IMG/VR virus record: IMGVR_UViG_3300027896_000010 | Coordinates: 129,438 to 193,437 of that record | Strand: one strand, 5' to 3' | Length of the DNA stretch: 64,000 nucleotides | Source of the DNA: a virus | In this document: positions 18,801 to 26,046 of the stretch, in pieces | How the letters are laid out: every line of letters begins with the position of its first letter | Numbering within the stretch: the stretch's first letter is position 1 | Program-made: the position numbers and the translations under genes | The notes under the pieces: generated by a model | What the model was told of the DNA's origin: nothing | What the model saw: the letters and a program-made list of their open reading frames with translations, nothing else | Databases searched by the model: none

Positions 18801-21140
18801 TGTGCCATCTGGATAATGATGTGCATGCGAAGGGTCATCATCATAACGTGGCGTATTGGCTACAACCATGACATCTATGCCAATCTGATTACCTCCCCCT
18901 ACAGGGCCAAACATATTTATCCAAGCACCTGTACCATTTACCAATGCCCAAACCCCATGGCCTCTCTCTTGAGGCTCGGCTCCTACTGTGCCTGTGCCAG
19001 CATAGAGGGTGTTATTATGTGAATTATAAACTAAATACTTCACGCATTGATTGGTGGCATTAAGCGTAGACGTCTTAGTCCAAACACCACTAACATCATT
19101 CCAGTATACAACTCCATGCCCTGAGGTTCCTGCATATAGCCTCTGCCTAGTTTCGTCCCAAGCGAGAGAATAAACCGTCTCATTATTTGTATAGACACCC
19201 GGTGTATTGGGAAGTTGAGACCATGCCGACCCATCCCATTTCCATACGCCATGGTCTTGAGTAGCGGCGAACAAAAGGTCATCGCCCTTTACATAAACAG
19301 AAAAATCATAATCAGTGCCATCATCCACTTCGACCCAATTGGGATTGTTTAACCCCAAAGTACCATTCGAAGCATCTGGCAACACAATTCTGGCTGAGTA
19401 TTGGCCATGATAAGAATCGTTGGTTTGGGCTAGCGTAGCTCCAGTGCTAGAAGTTAGTGACCAATTATTTAAAACACTACCAGCCCATGATTCCATGTCT
19501 CCATTGGGCAATGATGTGGTCGATTCAGCAGGATGTGATTGTGTAGCCCATGATGCACCAGCATTAGAAGTATAAAGTATCTTGCCATTAGCCCCAACGG
19601 CCCAAGCTCTTGAAGTGTCATAGGCATAAACAGCATACAAATTTTCGGTTGTCCCACTGGTTTGAGGAGACCAAGTCAGCCCTCCATCATTGCTATACAA
19701 TATTCTTCCACGTTGCCCCACAGCCCATAAGACTTCAGTGGTAGGGGATGTCACTCCATACAAATCATCGCCAACTCCACTAGCGATAATCGCCACCTCT
19801 GTTCCGTTATATCGCACAATCGTGCCAGAACCACCCACCACCACAATGATAGGGGTAACATTATCAACTGCAGTTATGCCATAAAGGGATACTCCTGTGG
19901 GACAGTCCTTTTGGAGCCACATCAAACCACTTGCCGCACCGTTAACACCAACCTCTCCAAACAAAGAAAATCTGCTTTCAATATCTCCTTCGTGCCAATC
20001 AATCTCATTGGGCAATTGGTCGTCTTTAGACTTATAGCCCTCATGCACTTTTGACACTTCATGCGTAAGCGAACGAACAACCTTCTGCATCCCAGCTTCC
20101 GTACAGCCTTGGTTAACTGCATCGATAAAATGGATGATTCGATTACGATAGCGATTGTCTTTATCCCTTACCTCTTCCTCGGGGGGATATGCCGACCTAG
20201 GGCTTTCATAAGAATACTTGCAAATTAACTTAGCCTTAAGAGGCATCGTGTTGGGACCGCCAGCAATTCGCAGTATCGTACCTTCACTGTAATTGATACT
20301 AAAGTCTGCGTCTGGTGGGATAACTGTCGGCCCACCCTCTTTTTCCACATATTGCGTAGGAACCGCATGCCAGTCGAAGACGCTTACTGTGGACGGAGAA
20401 GTGAATTGGATATTACTATGAGCAAGATTATCTGGAACTGGTGGGTTGTTCACACCCAGCGTAACAATATCACCAGATTCATATACATACTCATGGGAGG
20501 AAAGAATAGTGTCATAAATGATATTGACATACTCTGTCCGGCCTATTGAACAAGTATTGGGCTTACGTTGCATAGTGCCTGTTGGATAATCAATTAGATA
20601 GTCAACGTCTTTGATATAAATCTTGTTTGAAAGAGTCGAAGTTACCCTTTCTGAGTTTTCTTTGACGTTATCATAACGTAACTCAATTTTGCTATTGTCC
20701 CAAGGCAAAAGGCGCTTCTCAGCCACATAGCTCTCATAAGGGTTATATTCATATGTCTCATCTAGCTGGACATCATAAGCCCCGGGGTCAGTCGCACTAT
20801 ACTTGCCATCAAGACGATGGATGCCATACAAATCACCAAAATTGTTATCAATAGTATCGTATCTGGCAGAGTATACACAGATAGCATCTCTAGCAAAGTT
20901 TATCCATTCGAGAGTATCCATGAATGATTGGGACACTGCCTCATTGATAAAATAGATAGTCGAAGCAGTTCTCTCATAAAGAACTTCGGGGATATCGTTG
21001 AGAAGATTATTAAGAAAGTCATTTACGGTAAATAGGTCTGGTTGTCCTTCCCAGACCGTACTGCCGTCTCGAACCGCTATCGGCTCAAGAACTATCCATG
21101 CCCCACAGCGCATATGTTGCTTTGTAGTAGTGTAAGCCAT
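12837..21140 (-). CDS. giant baseplate wedge/receptor-binding protein with BNR/YCF48-like propellers, CBM4/9-like and discoidin-like domains
   Basis: Directly downstream of baseplate J; repeats WAVG..G.ILY...G..W, PNGDMES...Y.FSVYVK, NLIDGNDNTAWLS and AMDxQSSTYWKS-type starts, several DYxIDY..G.I modules. Confidence 0.75.
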   Translation of the reverse strand: MAYTTTKQHMRCGAWIVLEPIAVRDGSTVWEGQPDLFTVNDFLNNLLNDIPEVLYERTASTIYFINEAVSQSFMDTLEWINFARDAICVYSARYDTIDNNFGDLYGIHRLDGKYSATDPGAYDVQLDETYEYNPYESYVAEKRLLPWDNSKIELRYDNVKENSERVTSTLSNKIYIKDVDYLIDYPTGTMQRKPNTCSIGRTEYVNIIYDTILSSHEYVYESGDIVTLGVNNPPVPDNLAHSNIQFTSPSTVSVFDWHAVPTQYVEKEGGPTVIPPDADFSINYSEGTILRIAGGPNTMPLKAKLICKYSYESPRSAYPPEEEVRDKDNRYRNRIIHFIDAVNQGCTEAGMQKVVRSLTHEVSKVHEGYKSKDDQLPNEIDWHEGDIESRFSLFGEVGVNGAASGLMWLQKDCPTGVSLYGITAVDNVTPIIVVVGGSGTIVRYNGTEVAIIASGVGDDLYGVTSPTTEVLWAVGQRGRILYSNDGGLTWSPQTSGTTENLYAVYAYDTSRAWAVGANGKILYTSNAGASWATQSHPAESTTSLPNGDMESWAGSVLNNWSLTSSTGATLAQTNDSYHGQYSARIVLPDASNGTLGLNNPNWVEVDDGTDYDFSVYVKGDDLLFAATQDHGVWKWDGSAWSQLPNTPGVYTNNETVYSLAWDETRQRLYAGTSGHGVVYWNDVSGVWTKTSTLNATNQCVKYLVYNSHNNTLYAGTGTVGAEPQERGHGVWALVNGTGAWINMFGPVGGGNQIGIDVMVVANTPRYDDDPSHAHHYPDGTPYDYPDGCLYVGTYNVGVWMCSLSVIKPHDIADPYGWRNISTGTMKPYYGVYGMAMSGDTLYASAFESPASGHGVMETNKPWDWATQWSSTGGGTTFEKETIGCLLWDTTHNILYAGTQYHRCWHYVGGNWSVVTTGTEDGYWPTLSGNTSRDTIYGGTHTQGVYSRTGRTGSWVRIGTTPFSSYLVTEGNVLLPTNNSNISLRYHDIRTNSEKVTSASSGHVFVENVDYLIDYSAGTIRRKPSTSSIGPTERVNIVYDTIILVWSIACSMSRTLPKFAVYADFYDISKNPVTPPSQTVKASTSTAHSFTHYTGVITTPANTKYVNLRFYGENVDSVSTLRHWVEFDYAMFDVNGYMDLYSVVAMSTTNVVAVGKSGHIISTSNAGGHWDNRASGTTQTLRGVHASSASNIIAVGDGGTILYCTNSGVTWADSGLVFDDDFYGVYVLSPTTAWATGVLQQEQAPVKAGTILYYDGITWRYQKPPLLADIIYDIEGWSQEKAWACGETGLVLKFDELYKGYQGQFKTNDYPWWHYANAVPDSCDYDHASNRCYNAFDNNELLGKPITILHHDAVGEPPYQFIATHWPKRDDRKWVFYQETKEFAYLDGAHTNAIATVYSPLVNGTLVITGGASKIPYVEDTDYMVDTITGVIDSITIPITTDVNLSYTYDIADETPQIDYLRIHLNKGWRLNSPGGAFVSVYGLATDKYDDWFTEDEYLAPIHGDWEWITQAETFTMGRAIGTTTPFQYTLSNPNIKSDVDVLTGAPAYHFISLTNLDTGEVYEYSETLTNNHFHIENAEKGIISIHRANSSPIPYGTSLIVNYQYYSEIPDNKKRGAWFPVTNNPVHLANGIEESKPLYVPIRSGFYSGLMVVFHYPGDVHKGDLTIDDDIYVENIQAVKRVKTESESGMAMFSIIPDKTMRAAEVAYVNDFISRLKPSHTEHAVDNDGVTEETDILVEKIEASSEYEEQQYGSNKINRVLSCTSQYATDHAKMLTPLKVKAAASVWYTDTKSPAKTERDVVSGHAIGPDCVVGAVASSVDCWYGNPPPPGRQPYYDHPNSSAKDSNLDTFWMSVGNSGPNETWSWEWIEFTIDGHTPWGPGYDPGPTPIDRVRVHPYQGGMRMFVHIATSDKGWLGNNYCTGYLPNVRPAFPNGANLVPYVKEIWLPPNPEQTTVLLDNMYMNATRLRLTFTNLARSPWGPYYYRAGLREVWAWEEHDWTRTETVTVPGTNSRERHEDNTANNLIDGNDNTAWLSQAKHANEEVYATIYLSQHESINRIRLAVDSHHVGQSVRMVFHQGHGKTEEHTIPFLTKAIEEYPIVNNVGAEVTVHDVEYVEFFFKTAVYYKKYGGYIAKIFGITLKYLWYTYDHSPELTKDAYKSGGFWLSWLSREHTSNADYDEIHYDIREADGSPSSINSVRLYAPWAGQAYEVYLKTAYVSADETVRFPTMSGADNGLINPTTGTDGWVQLTHMEKTYYKVVEGNIAYTEASYPSINLYPGDETVVPFYSSTGGEPSPTYTGNFYMYTKSIDGLTNDYEIDYVNGMIRVRPDVPPNVASRIENGSSVIVHHLYKESQWPPRGIAEIGGMDTIDIANLPVNEGEWGFVASKINASRDETISFPTKMGVELIIRLHNPMRLPPYGMGLLRTGYKPTIKEVSFAIPGDSGRWTANLHDTNIEINTESVFKERNYEVVNDDHQTLMPITKIVYTKDIDYIIDYTKGTISLTPDSAILNLEAPYRVSVQYGKPYTDKAPEPDIGLSSFNSVRPGFFFGLYEVQANYITSVKNWSPTMALDKQSSTYWKSAESIVPMTMLSGTLENPDIATAIREEWLLLTLAPIDGELPVVDKLMIMSDTNSYKFYVESSKTGMSDDYVRLPVQQIDIGGGSYIDESDPYDNDVILRTGTYHFPRTRMKCLRVVFKAFALSKTHLDKYYVAVREISPFGTKPAGRDIESWREVFPNTLFIDETRTTFHYDSDNQSIEAGPTL

Positions 21141-21159
21141 CTAATTCTAAGCTCCCTGC

Positions 21160-22674
21160 CTAGGTCTGCGCGTCATATACAATTTTGTTATCAAATGCTA
21201 GAGTTCCGATTGTAACTGCTGTCACGCTGTCAAATTGGATATCTCGTGTATGGGTTCCGACTATAACTCCAGCCTCATTTTTGATTGCGATGCTATTAAT
21301 CAAGAGATTATCTACGCCAGCAACTTTCGTCCTTACATCACTTGTTATATCTGAAAACTCAAGCTTCGACCCCAAATCGTAATTGTTCGAAACATAACCA
21401 GTGATATCAGACACAATAAAGTTCTTGGTATCAGTCCAATCGTATCCAGCATTCGCAATGAAACTGATATTGAAATTAAGTTCTTGCACTTCTGATTTCC
21501 TTACGATGGCATCAGCGGTAACACATTTCGTTAAGTCCACTTGAGCTTGACCATCCTCAACAACTTTGTCATATGAAAAATCTTCTACTCTAAACACATA
21601 ATTATCGGGTGGTCTTTCAGCCGTTCTCGTCCCTGCAGTCAACCCAGCCCCTCCCCAGCCAGTAGCAGTTGTCAACCACAGCAACCCATCAGAGCCATAA
21701 ATCGAATTCTCTAGATTATTGCAAGCAATTTTTGGCCCTCGATACATAGCAAAGTCCTGACTGCCATACAGTATCGGTTCTGTACCACCATAATATGTCC
21801 CCAAGACTGCCCAATCACTTCCTGACCCTACTAGCGCATTAATAGTAGTAGGTAATTCAGTAACTGGTTGCTTGGAAAGAGAATACGATAGATATGGGTC
21901 TTCCATAGCAATATAATCACTATATATCTGCACGTTCGCGCCCTTAACAATAATATCCACTGTTCCCGGCCCTCTAGAATAAGGGTCACCATCTTCAGGC
22001 TTAATAACCTTTGCGGAATCTGTTCCTATCTGCGCCAGTACGGCTCCTAGATAACCAGCTTCTGTGCCAGCACTGTTTTGGAAAATGGTTGACCTAATAC
22101 GCTGATAAAATGCTCGGTCTGTTTCAACATCTATACCGCCCGTCATCGCCATAACATTATCTACAGACGAAACCATATACAAACTTGATGTCAAATTGAT
22201 TACCTGATGTTCTCCTATGTTCCCAGCCGCTCCAGCAACAGTACATCTGACTGGGGCATCCACCTGCATAGAACCCTTGGACATTACCGCCTTCGAAGTA
22301 GTCTCATAGTCTATCGCTGGAACATTGAAGGCTCTAGGAGTACTAACTACAGTACCAATAGGAATAACAACATCTTCTCCTACCACAGAGCTACTAAAAA
22401 ATGTTACTGTTCCTGTGGCAGGAACCGCTTTATTTCTCGTCATGCCAACGTTTGCTGCTAAGGCATCAAGATACTTCCCTTGAGCGGTCAACATGCTCTG
22501 ATTCTGCATCACGAAATCTATCAGATAATACAGTCGCTCTAGCTCAGAAGCTTGAGGCTCAACAAAGCAAGTAGCCCAAGGAGACCCCTCTTTAGTATCA
22601 AGATAAGGAGCGGTATTCAAAATGTAATTTTTTAGAGAATCTACTATCTCAAGAAAACCCTTGTTTAAAGCCAC
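21160..22674 (-). CDS. baseplate J-like protein
   Basis: AQGKYLDALAANVGMTR..A..ATG.VTF...PIGTVVST, AGAAGNI, GGIDVETD..F..RI motifs. Confidence 0.9.
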   Translation of the reverse strand: MALNKGFLEIVDSLKNYILNTAPYLDTKEGSPWATCFVEPQASELERLYYLIDFVMQNQSMLTAQGKYLDALAANVGMTRNKAVPATGTVTFFSSSVVGEDVVIPIGTVVSTPRAFNVPAIDYETTSKAVMSKGSMQVDAPVRCTVAGAAGNIGEHQVINLTSSLYMVSSVDNVMAMTGGIDVETDRAFYQRIRSTIFQNSAGTEAGYLGAVLAQIGTDSAKVIKPEDGDPYSRGPGTVDIIVKGANVQIYSDYIAMEDPYLSYSLSKQPVTELPTTINALVGSGSDWAVLGTYYGGTEPILYGSQDFAMYRGPKIACNNLENSIYGSDGLLWLTTATGWGGAGLTAGTRTAERPPDNYVFRVEDFSYDKVVEDGQAQVDLTKCVTADAIVRKSEVQELNFNISFIANAGYDWTDTKNFIVSDITGYVSNNYDLGSKLEFSDITSDVRTKVAGVDNLLINSIAIKNEAGVIVGTHTRDIQFDSVTAVTIGTLAFDNKIVYDAQT

Positions 22675-22690
22675 TTTAGAACTCCTTTAC

Positions 22691-23539
22691 TTATACTGGT
22701 AATGTGGTCACCGTGAACACAACCGCAATATCAATCGCGCCACTATCTGATATCTCAGTCAACTCTGCTCCTATATACTGGCCTTCAGTGACAACCTCTG
22801 GTGAACTGGGAGTCCAATCATCAACCACATACGAACCAGCACTCAAAGTCAGAGTCGTAAAGACCTCGTCCCATCCTGCGCCCTTAGTGCCATCTGAATC
22901 CCTGAACACAGCTATATCCACATGGTCAATTGTTGGCGTGGCTCCTACTGAAACCTGATAAGCAAATGCCTGTATATTTTGGATTATGAACCCACCAAAT
23001 CCCAAAGGAAGGAAGAACGCTTTCATCCTGCCAGTGTCAGAAAACGAAGGGGTGTCAAACGACAATGTGATGTATTGCACATTGGCAATCGTATCTAAGA
23101 CATCTACACCATTAATCTGAAAGGCTCCTGTAGCTGATACGTTTACCGTGCCATCTTGCACGACAGAGACCGCATTTGTACCAGTATAACTATTGACCAG
23201 AAGTATAGGGGTAGTACCCATTGAGGCCGCTGGCTGTAAGGTTTCTGTGTAAGCGTCGATATTACCTACGACAGTAATCTCAGTTATGGCCCTTGAACCA
23301 TCTACCAGAACATATTGAGGGTGGTCATCAACAGTCAAATCGCTCAAATTATGATGGTCAAGCACAGGGGCATCATTCGATGTCCCTGTATGCTTGTGAC
23401 CAGCAGTAGAATCAAATTGGCCCTGTAACAGTCTTACATTGTTGTCAATAGTTTGTGTGAAACTATTGAAATAAGAGAAATTATTCTGCAATTTTTCAGC
23501 AACGACTTCTGTTCCCGGTTCGATATCATCAATAGCCAT
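22691..23539 (-). CDS. tail/baseplate structural protein (possible short fibre)
   Basis: GHKHTG and DDHPQY fibre-type motifs; position within the baseplate cluster. Confidence 0.6.
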   Translation of the reverse strand: MAIDDIEPGTEVVAEKLQNNFSYFNSFTQTIDNNVRLLQGQFDSTAGHKHTGTSNDAPVLDHHNLSDLTVDDHPQYVLVDGSRAITEITVVGNIDAYTETLQPAASMGTTPILLVNSYTGTNAVSVVQDGTVNVSATGAFQINGVDVLDTIANVQYITLSFDTPSFSDTGRMKAFFLPLGFGGFIIQNIQAFAYQVSVGATPTIDHVDIAVFRDSDGTKGAGWDEVFTTLTLSAGSYVVDDWTPSSPEVVTEGQYIGAELTEISDSGAIDIAVVFTVTTLPV

Positions 23540-23550
23540 AATATTCTCCC

Positions 23551-24117
23551 CTATCTATAGACAACTCCACTGTTATATGGAACTCCAGTATTATATCGAG
23601 CAAACCTCATATTATCGACGCCAGATTGCATTACGGGGCCGCGTGGCACTAAATACACATTGAATGGAACGATTACCTCTTCATAAGCTTCAGTGACAAC
23701 TGCAATCCTTATCCTGACCCTATCAGGCAAGGGGAAATCAATAGCTATAGAAGTCATTTGTTCATACTCTTGCACATTTGATGCTCTGAATATATGTCGA
23801 GAATTAAGCTCCATGATAACCTCGGCACCAACTATAGATTGATATCTTTTTTGCTTGGTCTGGATATTCTTAAAATACGCTAGAGCCTCTACAACTGCTC
23901 TTTGTAAATTAACAGCAGTTAGCTTTTGGCTAATAGGGAATCCAATTCGCAGAGGAACATCACAACCATAATTAGGATGAAACACATTATCTCCCCTTGG
24001 GGTCAAGATTATATGACTCAAATCCTGTATAAGCTTCTGCTTGTCCTCTATGAAATGTGGCCTCTTATCTGCATCTATGACAAAATCACCATCTAATATT
24101 TGAGGGGTCACCGACAT
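23551..24117 (-). CDS. baseplate wedge protein, gp25/GPW-like
   Basis: KLIQDLSHIILTPRGDNVFHPNYGCDV motif. Confidence 0.85.
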   Translation of the reverse strand: MSVTPQILDGDFVIDADKRPHFIEDKQKLIQDLSHIILTPRGDNVFHPNYGCDVPLRIGFPISQKLTAVNLQRAVVEALAYFKNIQTKQKRYQSIVGAEVIMELNSRHIFRASNVQEYEQMTSIAIDFPLPDRVRIRIAVVTEAYEEVIVPFNVYLVPRGPVMQSGVDNMRFARYNTGVPYNSGVVYR

Positions 24118-24132
24118 AATTTTCTCCTTACT

Positions 24133-25275
24133 TTACCCCAACATCGAAATAAGAACGCCCTCTTTTAACATCCCGCTTATCTCTTTCAATGCTTCTTGAC
24201 CAATAAACACACCTAAGTTCGTTCCAGCACCTGAGTCTGACTCATAACCAACCGCCCAGCCTCTCTTCTCAGATAACACTGATATCGCCATCATGTTATC
24301 TATTATCGTCGGCGGTATTCCACTCCACATGTCAAAAGATACATACTCCACACGCCAATATGCAGTACCACTTTCCCATCGGTTAAATCTTAATAGGAAA
24401 TTGATTCCTACCGCCCAAAGGTCATTATTCGATATGGCTGATATATCACCAATTGCACTATATGGCAGAGGATACCATCCCTCTGGGTAGCCATGACCAG
24501 CGGGTATCCATAGTTCCATAACCATAGGGGTTAAGACCCAAGAATTACCGTCATAGTACAAAATTTCACTACTACCAACGCTATAGCCACCAGCCCAAAC
24601 GTGGGTCGCATCCGTGGCGCATATCGTAAAAAGTGCATTGCTCCCTGTGTGAGGGTTCAGATACTGCACACTCCATGTCGCCCCATCCCAATGATAAATA
24701 TGTCCACTACCAGATGTAGCCCACGCTGAAGTGGGAGACAGAGCTGAGATTTGCGTGATGTTGCTACTGCCATACATCCCGACAGTCCCATAAAATTGCT
24801 TAGTCCAAGCATCCCCATCCCAGAAGTAAATAACATCATGGATATCCCCCCATATGCTGGTGGTCTGCTGCCCACCTGCCCATATACAATGGTCATTTAA
24901 AGCACACACACAATAGAAGCCAAGACCGTCATTGATGGGGTCAGCTATTACATGGGACTGTACCCAATGTGTTCCACCGTTATAAAGTACCAAACCAATA
25001 CTTGTTTCATAGCCCAAATCGTGCCTAGATGGGTCAATCGCTTGCCCTACAATCCAACCATTCTTCTCTACGCCAGCATCCACATACATTAATTCCGAAT
25101 GAACTTGGTCATAATCAGCCGGTAGGGCTTCCGAAATCCAATCGTTTTTCTTATATCTTGCTATGACATCTCCTGTGGAGGTCTGGCCTACCGCCCATGC
25201 CTGAGTATCGCTGACCGTTACAACAGACCGCAAGTTGGCAAATTCGCTCCAAAGCTTTATGACCTGCCAGTCCAT
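24133..25275 (-). CDS. beta-propeller tail-associated protein
   Basis: Repeats of the type ALS...AWAVG...IY.WDG..W. Confidence 0.7.
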   Translation of the reverse strand: MDWQVIKLWSEFANLRSVVTVSDTQAWAVGQTSTGDVIARYKKNDWISEALPADYDQVHSELMYVDAGVEKNGWIVGQAIDPSRHDLGYETSIGLVLYNGGTHWVQSHVIADPINDGLGFYCVCALNDHCIWAGGQQTTSIWGDIHDVIYFWDGDAWTKQFYGTVGMYGSSNITQISALSPTSAWATSGSGHIYHWDGATWSVQYLNPHTGSNALFTICATDATHVWAGGYSVGSSEILYYDGNSWVLTPMVMELWIPAGHGYPEGWYPLPYSAIGDISAISNNDLWAVGINFLLRFNRWESGTAYWRVEYVSFDMWSGIPPTIIDNMMAISVLSEKRGWAVGYESDSGAGTNLGVFIGQEALKEISGMLKEGVLISMLG

Positions 25276-25279
25276 GTCA

Positions 25280-26029
25280 TCACCGCACGAAATCGAGGTC
25301 TACCATAATCAGTTTCCCAGCCGCTGTCTTTGGAGTTAGCTCTACTCTTACCTTCTTGCCAGCAAACAGATAAATAGGCTTCTGGAATCTAATATTCTCT
25401 GGAACGTTCTTGAGGCATGAGTCTTTGACTACCTGTAGCTCATCATCGTCACCACTATTAATCCAAGCCGACCACTTATCTCCAGCTTCAAACGTTACCT
25501 CACCTATGATGATATTAAAGAGATAAGCATCATCAGTTAGGGCATCAGAAGTTATCGTGATTTTGCTATTAGCCAATGCATCTTCACTATACCCATCTCT
25601 ATAACTCTCGCCACCCGTTATTGGAAAGTAATCTTCCATAAGCCCTAAAATTTCGCCTCCCGGCATAAAATAAATATTCCCTTCAGGGGCTATCAGCAAA
25701 TCGCCGTCATTCATCCACTCGAACATATCCTGACCATCTTTGGCTACTTGACCGACTGCCCAGAGATTATCTCCTGTGCGTACGCCTATCATCTTGGCAC
25801 CATGAGTTGGTCTGTAATAAATACCACCAGAACCAGCAAGCCTTAGTTCAGTAGTACCTATCGTCGAGCTTGGTAATCCCTTGGCATAAGGATATTGAAC
25901 GTTACTATCTTGAGGGACTATCTCATTGATATGAACAATTTGAGCGCCACCACTTCGGATACCTCTCTGGTCTATCTGTTGCCGTCTTAGCATATCGGTT
26001 TTTCTTTTAGCATCATGTGGTGAGAGCAT
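25280..26029 (-). CDS. putative baseplate spike/hub-associated protein
   Basis: Position after the hub gene; N-terminal OB-like segment; assignment mainly by synteny. Confidence 0.5.
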   Translation of the reverse strand: MLSPHDAKRKTDMLRRQQIDQRGIRSGGAQIVHINEIVPQDSNVQYPYAKGLPSSTIGTTELRLAGSGGIYYRPTHGAKMIGVRTGDNLWAVGQVAKDGQDMFEWMNDGDLLIAPEGNIYFMPGGEILGLMEDYFPITGGESYRDGYSEDALANSKITITSDALTDDAYLFNIIIGEVTFEAGDKWSAWINSGDDDELQVVKDSCLKNVPENIRFQKPIYLFAGKKVRVELTPKTAAGKLIMVDLDFVR

Positions 26030-26046
26030 TTATTCTCCTACCCAAA

